Made by a program: the position numbers and the translations under genes
In this document: positions 8,412-18,524 of the stretch, piece by piece
Numbering within the stretch: position 1 is the stretch's first letter
Layout of the letters: every line of letters begins with the position of its first letter
Assembly (NCBI GenBank): GCA_037443265.1
Contig: JBBIOR010000001.1
Coordinates: forward strand, 1 to 48,839
Direction: 5' to 3'
From: Candidatus Fraserbacteria bacterium
GTDB lineage: Bacteria > Bipolaricaulota > Bipolaricaulia > RBG-16-55-9
DNA: 48,839 nucleotides
The notes under the pieces: model-generated
Told to the model about the DNA's origin: nothing
The model's input: only the letters and a program-made list of their open reading frames with translations
Database searches by the model: none

Positions 8412-9371
8412 ATGCGCAAGATTCTTGTGCCGATTGCGTATTTCGAGAGCTGTCAGGTCGCCTTAGCCTTAGGAGCCCGACTGGCCCATGGGCTGGGGAA
8501 AAATCTCACGGTGCTTCACGTAGTCCCTTCTGCGAGCCGCGAGGCCTTGGGCAGCGGCCTCGCCTCAGGGAAGCTGGCTGAATGGGGCCTCGAGCCTCCT
8601 CAGACGAGACTCCTCCAACGGGCGCAAGAGACGCTCAAAGCGCTGGAAGTGCTTCGAGTCGACCCACTCGGCCGACCCATCGAGAAACACGCGCTCAAAC
8701 TCCTCTCTCAAGGGCTTTATGAAGTCCATCTCATCGGCATCCGCGGGCAGGATATACGCTTGCGCCTGCGGGAAGGAGATCCCGTGAGAGAGATCCTCCG
8801 CGAGGCAGAAGATCCGGAGTACGATCTCATCATCACCGGCACGCGGGGCCACCGGGGGCTGAAGCGCTTCTGGGTGGGCAGCGTGGCCCAAGAAGTTGCC
8901 CTACACGCCCCCTGCTCGATTCTCGTGGCCAAGAACCTCAAGCCCCATCAAGGCATCCTCGTGGGCATAAGCGGCCTGGCAACTGCACTGGAAGCCGCTC
9001 ATCAAGCCGCCAAGCTCGCACAGGCACTCCACGTGCCTCTCACCCTGCTTGCGGTGGCCTCTCAAGTGAGCACACGTCCTGAGGCCGAACGCCATCTCTT
9101 AGAAGCGCAAAGAGCGCTAAGCTCACTAGACATCCCGGTGCAGACGCGTCTTCGGGTGGGCGACCCAGCCCGCGTGATCATCGAAGAAGCTGGCGAAGAG
9201 CAGATCATCGCGCTCGGCCGAGCCCAGCTCTCGAAGGTGAAACAGCTCCTCCTGGGAGATATCTCTCTTAAGATCCTAGATCAATCCCTGGGACCGGTGC
9301 TCCTGACACAATCCCCCCGCCCGCTGAGGGAAGAGACGGAGTCCACGCTGTCCCCGTCTCAGTCGGCTTAG
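8412..9371 (+). CDS. Tandem universal stress protein (two UspA domains).
   Basis: Motif DLIITGTRGHRGLKRFWVGSVAQEVALHAPCSILV (Usp ATP-binding signature) plus a second Usp-like half; good SD (GAGAGGAG). Confidence 0.7.
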   Translation: MRKILVPIAYFESCQVALALGARLAHGLGKNLTVLHVVPSASREALGSGLASGKLAEWGLEPPQTRLLQRAQETLKALEVLRVDPLGRPIEKHALKLLSQGLYEVHLIGIRGQDIRLRLREGDPVREILREAEDPEYDLIITGTRGHRGLKRFWVGSVAQEVALHAPCSILVAKNLKPHQGILVGISGLATALEAAHQAAKLAQALHVPLTLLAVASQVSTRPEAERHLLEAQRALSSLDIPVQTRLRVGDPARVIIEEAGEEQIIALGRAQLSKVKQLLLGDISLKILDQSLGPVLLTQSPRPLREETESTLSPSQSA

Positions 9372-9377
9372 AACCCG

Positions 9378-11351
9378 ATGCCTGAGACGACTTTTTTTCT
9401 CGCCTTCGTACTGCTGGCGGCCTTGGGCGGAGGTTTCGTCGCACATCTGCTCAAATTGCCGCTCTTTTTGGGATATATCGCCGGCGGCGCCCTCATCGGC
9501 CCCTTCACGCCAGGCCCGCAAGTGGCCGAGTTTCGCTTCATTGAACAGCTGGCCGAAATCGGCGTGGTGTTGCTCATGTTCACGCTCGGCTTGGAGTTCT
9601 CATTGAAAGAATTGCTGCGCGTGCGGACCGTCGCCATGGGGGGAGGGCTTGCGGGCATGGCCGTCATGATCGGCTTGTTCCTCGCTCTCGCTGGGCTCTT
9701 TGAGATCGCCTTCTATGAAGCCTTCTTCATCGGAGCTGCGATCTCCGCAAGCAGCACCATGGTGATCGCCAAGCTCCTCATGGAACGGGAAGAGCTCAAC
9801 TCCGAGCACGCTCACATCATGATCGGGACGCTGCTGGTGGAGGATCTGGCCATGGTTGTCCTGTTGATTCTATTGCCTGCCGTAAGAGAGCTCCAGCGGG
9901 TGGGTGCTTTGGAAGTGAGTCTTGCACTGCTAAAGGGGCTGGCGATCCTTGTGCCGGTCGTGTTCTTAGCCACGCGCACGGTGCCGGCTCTTTTAGAACG
10001 GATCGCCCGCACGCGCAACTTCGAACTCTTCATCTTAGTGACCCTGGTCCTCAGCCTGGGGACGGCCGTGGTGACAGCTCAACTGGGGCTCTCACCCGCC
10101 ATGGGGGCCTTTCTGGCAGGCTTGATCATTGGGGAATCTGACTTCGTCCATGAGACGCTAGCGCGTGTACTGCCCCTGCGAGATCTCTTTGTAGCGCTCT
10201 TTTTCGTATCGATCGGCATGATGATCAATCCGACCATCATCCTGGAGAATTGGCCACTCCACGCCCTGCTGGTGGGGCTAGTGGTAATCGTCAAAGGACT
10301 GAGTCGCGGCCTGCTTGTGTACCTCTTGCGGTACCCCCTGCGGGTGGCTTTCCTGGTAGCACTAGGGTTCACCCAGATTGGGGAGTTTTCATTCGTTCTG
10401 GCCAAACTGGGTGTCGAACTAGGCGCCCTCTCTTTTGAGCACTACAACGTCATTCTGGCGACGGCTCTGTTGTCAATCTTCATCAGTACATTCCTCTTTC
10501 GAATGGCTCACCCCTGGTGGAGTTGGCTGAGCGCGCGTCTGCCGGGGCTCGAATCTACGCCCCAACAGATGCCTCTGCCCGAAGGAGCCCGGCTTCTGCC
10601 CCCAAAGCATGTGATCATCTGTGGCCACGGACGCATCGGCCGTGCCGTGGGAGAGGCCCTGGAGAGATTTGGCATCCCTCAAGTCGTCATCGAAGCCGAC
10701 CGCCAGATCGCCGCTCAACTGAAGGATCAAGGCATCCCCGTCATCTATGGGGATGCGGCCAATGAGGGCGTCTGTCGGGCTGCGCAGCCCAAGCAGGCGT
10801 CCTTGGCTGTCATTGCCCTGCCGGATTCTTTTAGGGCCCGTCAAGCCTTCCACAATTTGAAGCGTCTTTCCCCAAAGCTTCCGATCATCGTGCGCGCGCA
10901 CTGGGACGAAGAGCGTGAGGAACTCTTCCGCGTGGGAGTCACAGAAGTGATTCAGCCCGAATTCGAGGGCGCCATGGAGATGATCCGTCATGCCCTGCTC
11001 CATCTGGAGATCCCGGCCTTAGAGATGGAGTCTTATCTACACGAACTGCGCCAGCAACGCTACAGCCAGCTGCTGCAAGAGTGGCTCCAGCGCGAGGACC
11101 CCTTCCACAAACTGCAGAAGATCCAAGAGATCGAGATTCCCGAGGGCAGCTCACTCGTGGGCCTAAGCCTAAGAGACGCCAAAGTGCGCGAGCGAACGGG
11201 AGTATCGGTCCTACACGTGCGGCGTAAGGACGGAAGCACTATATCCAACCCAGCTCCGGAGACGATCCTTTTAGCGGGAGATCGGGTCTTAGTGCTGGGC
11301 TCACCCAGCCAGCTGATCGAGTTCATCGAGATGAATCGCCCAGCTGCCTAG
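9378..11351 (+). CDS. Kef-type monovalent cation:proton antiporter (CPA2) with C-terminal RCK/TrkA-N and TrkA-C domains.
   Basis: N-terminal 12-13 TM Na+/H+ exchanger domain (GYIAGGALIGPFTPG...). Rossmann motif VIICGHGRIGRAVGEAL. C-terminal TrkA-C-like segment (LVGLSLRDAKVRERTGVSVLHVRR). Confidence 0.8.
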   Translation: MPETTFFLAFVLLAALGGGFVAHLLKLPLFLGYIAGGALIGPFTPGPQVAEFRFIEQLAEIGVVLLMFTLGLEFSLKELLRVRTVAMGGGLAGMAVMIGLFLALAGLFEIAFYEAFFIGAAISASSTMVIAKLLMEREELNSEHAHIMIGTLLVEDLAMVVLLILLPAVRELQRVGALEVSLALLKGLAILVPVVFLATRTVPALLERIARTRNFELFILVTLVLSLGTAVVTAQLGLSPAMGAFLAGLIIGESDFVHETLARVLPLRDLFVALFFVSIGMMINPTIILENWPLHALLVGLVVIVKGLSRGLLVYLLRYPLRVAFLVALGFTQIGEFSFVLAKLGVELGALSFEHYNVILATALLSIFISTFLFRMAHPWWSWLSARLPGLESTPQQMPLPEGARLLPPKHVIICGHGRIGRAVGEALERFGIPQVVIEADRQIAAQLKDQGIPVIYGDAANEGVCRAAQPKQASLAVIALPDSFRARQAFHNLKRLSPKLPIIVRAHWDEEREELFRVGVTEVIQPEFEGAMEMIRHALLHLEIPALEMESYLHELRQQRYSQLLQEWLQREDPFHKLQKIQEIEIPEGSSLVGLSLRDAKVRERTGVSVLHVRRKDGSTISNPAPETILLAGDRVLVLGSPSQLIEFIEMNRPAA

Positions 11352-11354
11352 CAC

Positions 11355-11696
11355 TCAGTTGCGGCCGAAGATGAGCTCATGGCGATCGGAGTCTCTGGGC
11401 CGACCGATGCGCAGTGCCCCGATGGGAATTCTTCCTACCACGCCGACCACGCACTCGCGCCCATCGATCTCCAGGGTCACCAGATGCTCCAGCTTGAAGC
11501 GCTTATGCTGGAGGAGTCCACTCACTATCGCCGGCTCATAGCTGCTGATCCAGGCGTGCCGATCCCCGCCCGTGAAGTGGATGCCCGTCTCGTTCTCCTT
11601 GGGATGGATCGTTGGGTCGAGGCAAACCGGCTGCCCTTGATACTTCCGCCTGATCTTGTACGAGTTTAAGGCCTTCTTCACGGATCTTTCTCCCAC
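11355..11696 (-). CDS. Hypothetical protein (113 aa, GTG start); no recognisable family.
   Basis: High GC3 on the minus strand; the competing plus-strand ORF 11379..11669 has lower GC3. No convincing SD. Confidence 0.3.
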   Translation of the reverse strand: MGERSVKKALNSYKIRRKYQGQPVCLDPTIHPKENETGIHFTGGDRHAWISSYEPAIVSGLLQHKRFKLEHLVTLEIDGRECVVGVVGRIPIGALRIGRPRDSDRHELIFGRN

Positions 11697-11741
11697 TCCA
11701 TGAGCCCTATCTTAACAAGCAGAGCGAAAAAATCAAGTCTT

Positions 11742-12446
11742 CTAGCGGATTTCCACGCGGCCCTCCTCTTCATCGAGCCACACTCGGCCCTGGGCGATGA
11801 GCCCAAGGGCCCTCTGATAGGCCGGGCCGTCGCAGGCCCATTTCATCTGCTCTTGATGCTCCTCGGCTGAGATGCCCTCCCTCACTTCCAAAGGCTCACT
11901 CATGACGACAATGGGGCCGGCATCGACCCCTTCTGTGACGAGATGGATGGTCGATCTCGTGTGTCTTTCTCCCGCCCGGATCGCCTGGGCCACCGCATCT
12001 TGCCCGACATACTTCCGCTGACCCTGCTCATCCACAATCGAAAGATCCCCAGGATGGACGTTCAAGATGCGATGGCGATACGCACTCAGCAGCGGCTCCG
12101 TAATGATGAGCATAAAACCCGAGAGCATCAAAATATCCGGCTGCCACGGGGCGATTCGCTCTATCACTTGGGCGAAATACTCATGCCGCGCCTTTTCATC
12201 TTTAGGGGTAGCTCTGCGCCGAGCGAGAAACTCGCGAAAATCCAAGACCTCCAGCGGAATGCCCGCCCGTCTTACCTGGGCGATGCCCGGAGCCGTCGCA
12301 CGATCCGTAAAGGCCCCCACAAATTCATACTTCACGTGGAGATTGGGATCGTTCTGCAAAAGATACTGGAGCGCGCTGGCCCCGCCGGAGAAGAGTACCG
12401 CTACGCGCATGAGCCGACCCGGCTTGGGTTCGTAAATACATCTCAT
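11742..12446 (-). CDS. purN: Phosphoribosylglycinamide formyltransferase (PurN-like).
   Basis: Formyl-transferase N-domain: RVAVLFSGGAS, NVHPGDLS, GVDAGPIV (Asn/His/Asp catalytic pattern). 4-nt overlap (ATGA) with upstream purD. Confidence 0.7.
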   Translation of the reverse strand: MRCIYEPKPGRLMRVAVLFSGGASALQYLLQNDPNLHVKYEFVGAFTDRATAPGIAQVRRAGIPLEVLDFREFLARRRATPKDEKARHEYFAQVIERIAPWQPDILMLSGFMLIITEPLLSAYRHRILNVHPGDLSIVDEQGQRKYVGQDAVAQAIRAGERHTRSTIHLVTEGVDAGPIVVMSEPLEVREGISAEEHQEQMKWACDGPAYQRALGLIAQGRVWLDEEEGRVEIR

Positions 12447-13735
12447 GGCGCAAGGGCTTTGGCCGCGATATCTCGTCGATAATGCATGCCTTTAAAATGA
12501 ATCTTCGAGACGGCTTGATAGGCCCGCTCTCGGGCCGCGGCCACGTCCGGTCCTAGGGCTGTCACTCCCAAGATGCGCCCGCCCTTGGTGAAGAATCTCC
12601 CATCGCGCATCTCCGTGCCCGCATGATAGACGATCACATCCCCCAGCGCCTCGGCCTCCTCGATGCCAAAGATCTCTTCATTCTGATGATCGTATCTTTC
12701 GGGATACCCGGCCACGGAGAGCACGACACAGACGGCTGCCCCCTCCTTCCACTTAAGAGTCGCCTTAGAGAGCCCCCCTTCCGTACACGCCCGCAGGATG
12801 GGATAAAGATCGCTCTTTAAGAGCGGAAGGATCGCTTGGGCTTCTGGATCTCCGAAACGGACGTTGTATTCGAGCACATGCGGCTTGCCTTTGGGATCGA
12901 TCATGAGGCCACAATAGAGCAGGCCCGAGTCCGAGAGGCGCTCCTCCTCCATGCCCAACAGCGTGGGCAGTATGATCTCTTGCTCGATTCTCTCATAGAC
13001 GGCCTCGCTGACCAGAGGAGCAGGCGCGTAGGCTCCCATCCCGCCGGTGTTCGGACCTTGGTCGCCGTCATAGAGGGTCTTGTGATCCTGGGCAGGCGGA
13101 AGGGTGGCCACAGATTTCCCATCGGTGAAGGCGAAGATAGAAGCCTCCTCGCCTGGGATGCGTTCTTCAATCACTACTCGCTGTCCTACGCCGCAGCGCT
13201 TCTCTTTCAGTAGGGCGACGAGGGCCTTCTGCGCCGATTCAAGATCTGGAGCTCTGATGGCCCCCTTCCCTCCGCAGAGCTCATCGGCCTTGATGAAAAA
13301 GCCCTCGCCGGGGTCTTCTTTGAAGCGCTCTTCCAGATACGCCAACGCCATGCGGTAATGCTCAAAGATGCGAAACGCGGCCGTCGGGATGGAATACTTC
13401 TGCATGAAGCGCTTGGCGAACGCTTTGCTGCCTTCCAGTTGAGCGGCGGTCTTTTTGAAGCCGAAGACTCTAAGATCATGGGCGCGCAAGAAATCCACCA
13501 GTCCTTCCACCAGAGGAGCCTCCGGACCGATGACTATTAAATCAACATCCTCGCGCAGGGCGAAGGCCACCAGATCGTGTCTGTCTTTTAGGGGCACGTT
13601 GGTCGCGCCCTGCAAAGCCGCCGTGCCGCCGTTGCCCGGAACACAGAAGACATGCTCCACATCGACATCATCCACCAGAGCCCGCACGATCGCGTGCTCT
13701 CTGCCGCCGCCACCGATGACGAGGACCTTCGCCAT
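12443..13735 (-). CDS. purD: Phosphoribosylamine--glycine ligase.
   Basis: MAKVLVIGGGGREHAIVRAL N-terminus, ATP-grasp body, ~430 aa. The track ORF extends to 13897, but the ATG at 13735 matches the conserved PurD start. Confidence 0.85.
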   Translation of the reverse strand: MAKVLVIGGGGREHAIVRALVDDVDVEHVFCVPGNGGTAALQGATNVPLKDRHDLVAFALREDVDLIVIGPEAPLVEGLVDFLRAHDLRVFGFKKTAAQLEGSKAFAKRFMQKYSIPTAAFRIFEHYRMALAYLEERFKEDPGEGFFIKADELCGGKGAIRAPDLESAQKALVALLKEKRCGVGQRVVIEERIPGEEASIFAFTDGKSVATLPPAQDHKTLYDGDQGPNTGGMGAYAPAPLVSEAVYERIEQEIILPTLLGMEEERLSDSGLLYCGLMIDPKGKPHVLEYNVRFGDPEAQAILPLLKSDLYPILRACTEGGLSKATLKWKEGAAVCVVLSVAGYPERYDHQNEEIFGIEEAEALGDVIVYHAGTEMRDGRFFTKGGRILGVTALGPDVAAARERAYQAVSKIHFKGMHYRRDIAAKALAP

Positions 13736-13736
13736 G

Positions 13737-15098
13737 CTAAAGCAATTTCTGTGCAAATAGCTGCACTGTCTCTCGCTGCGCTCGAAATAGAGGATTGTGG
13801 CTTGAAAGGATTCGCTCTGCGGCCAGCACGGCGTTTCCTGGCCGCTTGCAGAAGAGCACGGGCACATCACTGGGCATCTGCAAGGTCGAGTGCACATGGA
13901 GGAGATAACTCAGCTCGTCTTTGTACGGCGGACAGGCGATCACGGGGAACTGCGCGTGATGCGCCACAACGCCCGAAAGGGCATCGCTCCCACCAGCCAC
14001 GGTGATGGCCACCACCGGCTCGATGCTTTGATTGAGCATCGCAATCAGATCCAACAACTCCCGCGTGTTCTTATGGGCCGAAGCGACGGCCCGGCCATGA
14101 GGGATCTTGCGCGCCTCAAGCTCTTGCTTGAGCGCTTGCACATGCCAATCATCTTGTTCTGAGCCGGCGATGATCTGCACATACCCGCCCTTAATATAGC
14201 CTCGGCGGATCAGATTGTTGACCACACGCTCCCCAATGGGAGTCCCATCGCGGCGCGTCTGCCACTTCTGGCCCGTCAGCTGCTCGTAAAGCGCGATGTA
14301 GCGTCGACTCGTCTCCCGGATATCGCCAGATGTCAGTTCCGTCTTCTTTACAATATCGCGCACGAATTGTTTCGAGAGCTCGACCATCTCCCGGCCGGGC
14401 TTATAGGCATGAGCGTGCCAGTAGCGAGACGAGTCGGGGGTGTGCACTTCGTCCACGAGGAGGATCTTGCCGTCGTGTTCGCCGAACTCATATTTGGTAT
14501 CAACGAGGATGAGCCCGCGTTCTTGAGCAATTTGCGCGCCTCGCTCGTAGAGCGCCAGAGCTTTCCCAACGAGCGTCTTGTAGAATCTCCCCAGGAGTTC
14601 TTGAGCGGCCTCGGGCGTGAGGGGCTCATCGTGGCCGCTGTGGGCTTTTGTCGTGGGCGTGATGATGGGCTCTTTGAGCTTACAATTCTTGACGAGTCTC
14701 CCGCCTGCAACCCTTTGGGCCGTGATCTTGAAGCCGTATTTCTCTTCAAATTGGCCCGTTTGAAGATCCTCCCACGCCGAGCCTGTAATATAGCCGCGCA
14801 CGACCATCTCAATGGGGAAGACTTTCGCCTGACGGGCCACAATCACGTTGGGGTCGGGCCAATCGATCACATGGTTGGGCACGACATCTTGCGTCTGCTC
14901 AAACCACCACATGGCGATCGCATTGAGCACCGCGCCCTTCTCCGGGATGAGAGCCGGGAGCACGCGATCAAAGGCCGAGATACGATCTGTGGCCACAAGC
15001 ACGCGCTTATCTCCCACGACGTGATTGTCCCGGACTTTCCCGGCATAGAGCGGTCCCAACTCGGGCAGATAGCCGGAAGCCAATACGTCAGATCTCAT
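13737..15098 (-). CDS. Bifunctional SAICAR synthetase / AIR carboxylase (PurC-PurE fusion, PAICS-like). The PurE domain has class-II features.
   Basis: N-terminal part matches long-form SAICAR synthetase (GKVRDNHVVGDKRVLVATDRISAFD). C-terminal ~150 aa is PurE (VQIIAGSEQD...ASAHKNT...ITVAGGSDALSGVVAHHAQFPVIACPP), with SAHK as in eukaryotic/class-II PurE rather than SAHR. Confidence 0.75.
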   Translation of the reverse strand: MRSDVLASGYLPELGPLYAGKVRDNHVVGDKRVLVATDRISAFDRVLPALIPEKGAVLNAIAMWWFEQTQDVVPNHVIDWPDPNVIVARQAKVFPIEMVVRGYITGSAWEDLQTGQFEEKYGFKITAQRVAGGRLVKNCKLKEPIITPTTKAHSGHDEPLTPEAAQELLGRFYKTLVGKALALYERGAQIAQERGLILVDTKYEFGEHDGKILLVDEVHTPDSSRYWHAHAYKPGREMVELSKQFVRDIVKKTELTSGDIRETSRRYIALYEQLTGQKWQTRRDGTPIGERVVNNLIRRGYIKGGYVQIIAGSEQDDWHVQALKQELEARKIPHGRAVASAHKNTRELLDLIAMLNQSIEPVVAITVAGGSDALSGVVAHHAQFPVIACPPYKDELSYLLHVHSTLQMPSDVPVLFCKRPGNAVLAAERILSSHNPLFRAQRETVQLFAQKLL

Positions 15099-16179
15099 AG
15101 ATCAGTTCATGCTCCTTCTTGAAATGCCCCTGATTTTTGATGATGATCTTTGCCTCGTCAATGACTTCGCCGACGGCCAGCGCTTCCACGCCATGCTCAT
15201 AGGCGATCTCGAAGATTCTTTCATCGTTCGTCACCATGAGCATTCCCAGGCCCATATTCCATACGCGATAGGCCTCGCGATCGTCCACGTTGCCCAGCTC
15301 TTGCAGTTTCAGCAGGGGCTCGAAGGGAGAAGGAGCGTCGATGTACGCACCCAGACCTTCAGGCAGGCAGCGCGGCAGATTTCCCGGAATGCCGCCGCCG
15401 GTGATGTGGGCCGCGCCCTTGAGCTTCGCTCGACCCTTCTGGCCATAGGCCCCCACGGCATCCACCAGAAGGGGCGTGTAGATCACAGAAGGCATGAGGG
15501 CGACTTCGCCCCAGCTGCGCTTCGCATCGTAGGGCTCTTCAATCCAGCGAGGGCCGAAGCACTTCTTGAGGATCTTTCGAATCAAGCTGAAGCCGTTGCT
15601 GCGAAAGCCACGCTCTTTGAGCCCAACGATCCGATCTCCAGGCTGAATCGCTTCTTTTTGGAAAGCCTTTGGGCGTTCGAGCACGGCTAAGGCGTCCGCA
15701 TCCCAGATGTATTCTCCTCGAAGGCGCTCTCCCAAGACGGCAATCTCTCCACCGACGACCGCCACCCGTGCCCGCTCCGCGGCTCGCACGAGGCCATCGG
15801 CCAGCTGCTCGATGGTGCGCAGAGAGAGCGTGCTCACGTTGAGAGTATTCGTGAGGGCGAAGGGCTCCGCCCCCATGACGGCAGCATCATCGCAGACCAT
15901 GGCCAGAAGATCGAAGGCGATCGTGTCATGACGGCCCACAAGCTCAGCGACCTCGACCTTGGTGCCCACGCCATCGCTGTTCTTTAATAGATAGGCGTCT
16001 TTGAGCTCTGGGATATGAATAGGCCCGGAGAAGCCGCCTCTGGCTATGATGGGCTCACCCAAGCGACCCTGGCGATTCTTGAACGTCTTGACGGCCGCCT
16101 CGTAAAAGATCTCAGAGCAGCGATCTTTAAGCTCAAGGTCCACGCCGGCCTGCTTATAACGGGTCATGCGAAAGGGCAA
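15088..16179 (-). CDS. purM: Phosphoribosylformylglycinamidine cyclo-ligase (AIR synthetase).
   Basis: PurM N- and C-domain motifs (DGVGTKV..., GDRIVGLKERGFRSNGFSLIRK); 363 aa. Confidence 0.85.
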   Translation of the reverse strand: MPFRMTRYKQAGVDLELKDRCSEIFYEAAVKTFKNRQGRLGEPIIARGGFSGPIHIPELKDAYLLKNSDGVGTKVEVAELVGRHDTIAFDLLAMVCDDAAVMGAEPFALTNTLNVSTLSLRTIEQLADGLVRAAERARVAVVGGEIAVLGERLRGEYIWDADALAVLERPKAFQKEAIQPGDRIVGLKERGFRSNGFSLIRKILKKCFGPRWIEEPYDAKRSWGEVALMPSVIYTPLLVDAVGAYGQKGRAKLKGAAHITGGGIPGNLPRCLPEGLGAYIDAPSPFEPLLKLQELGNVDDREAYRVWNMGLGMLMVTNDERIFEIAYEHGVEALAVGEVIDEAKIIIKNQGHFKKEHELIYEI

Positions 16180-16232
16180 TCTCGCCCGCTGGGGATTCTA
16201 GTGTCCAGTCGAATCGAAAATCAAACGTCGCG

Positions 16233-17012
16233 TTACAGTTCCTGCTGGGCATACTCGACGGCATTCTTGAAGATCTGCAGCCCTTGGCCCTCTTCCGGCA
16301 GCTCTTCGCGCGTCCAGCGTGGATGATGGTAGCGATATAAGAACGCCTCAGGATGCGGCATCAATCCAAAGATCCGCCCCTTCGGATCGCAGATGCCCGC
16401 AATGTTTTCAATCGAGCCATTGGGGTTCCATGGGTAGCCTGCGCAACGACCGCACTCGTCCACATAACGCAACACGATCTGCCCATTGGCCTTCATCTGG
16501 TTCAATGCGCACTCGTCCTTCGGCACGAACTTGCCCTCGCCATGACGCACCGGCAGATACAGACGCTCAATGCCCCGCGTGAAGACGCACTTTGAGTCTT
16601 CCACTTTGAGATAGACCCAGCGATCCTCGAAGCGCCCAGAGTCGTTGACCGTGAGAGTCGCCTCCTGAAGGCCGTAACGAGCGATGCCCGGCAATAGCCC
16701 GAGCTTGATGATCACTTGAAAGCCGTTGCAGACGGCCAGAATGAGCTTTCCGCCTTCAATGAACGCAAGAAGATCGTCCATCAGATGAGTACGCAGTCGC
16801 TCGGCCATCACCTTGCCCGCGCCCAGATCGTCCGCAAACGCAAATCCTCCGGGCACGGCCAAGATCTGAAAATCTTTGAGCGAGACTTTGCCAAAGATGA
16901 GATCGTTCAGGTGGACCCGCTCGGCGGAAGCGCCCGCTCGCTCAAAGCCGTGAGCCATCTCATAATCCGTATTCAAGCCATATCCCGCAAGAACGAGCGC
17001 TCGCGGCTTCAT
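16233..17012 (-). CDS. purQ: FGAM synthase glutamine amidotransferase subunit.
   Basis: MKPRALVLAGYGLNTDYE..., AVCNGFQ (Cys nucleophile), MPHPE (His); 259 aa. Confidence 0.85.
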   Translation of the reverse strand: MKPRALVLAGYGLNTDYEMAHGFERAGASAERVHLNDLIFGKVSLKDFQILAVPGGFAFADDLGAGKVMAERLRTHLMDDLLAFIEGGKLILAVCNGFQVIIKLGLLPGIARYGLQEATLTVNDSGRFEDRWVYLKVEDSKCVFTRGIERLYLPVRHGEGKFVPKDECALNQMKANGQIVLRYVDECGRCAGYPWNPNGSIENIAGICDPKGRIFGLMPHPEAFLYRYHHPRWTREELPEEGQGLQIFKNAVEYAQQEL

Positions 17013-17028
17013 GGCTCAATCCATCAAA

Positions 17029-18513
<1,485 letters not shown>

Positions 18514-18524
18514 TCAGTGCTTGC

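Noticed and set aside
7027-8466. Several long alternative-frame and antisense ORFs inside the SLC13 permease gene (7027..7332, 7244..7618, 7363..8466, 6988..7593)
   Set aside because: Arg/Ala/Gly-rich translations typical of off-frame GC-rich DNA. The in-frame product is a convincing multi-TM permease.
10473-11003. 176-aa minus ORF antisense to kefB, plus other antisense ORFs (12836..13213, 14367..15122, 15109..15690, 17011..17439, 17563..18006, 24510..25259, 29384..30034, 30519..31091, 36907..37515, 39840..40307, 41943..42329, 43413..43919, 44117..44692, 46085..46465)
   Set aside because: Each overlaps a gene with clear family motifs on the opposite strand. High GC suppresses stop codons, and these ORFs have no domain signatures.
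12443-13897. Extended 484-aa version of purD starting at 13897 and 492-aa version of proS starting at 18507
   Set aside because: The extensions add Cys-rich, non-conserved N-termini. Internal ATGs at 13735 (MAKVLVIGGGG) and 18468 (MAKAITPRS) match the conserved family N-termini, and the 18507 start is a TTG.
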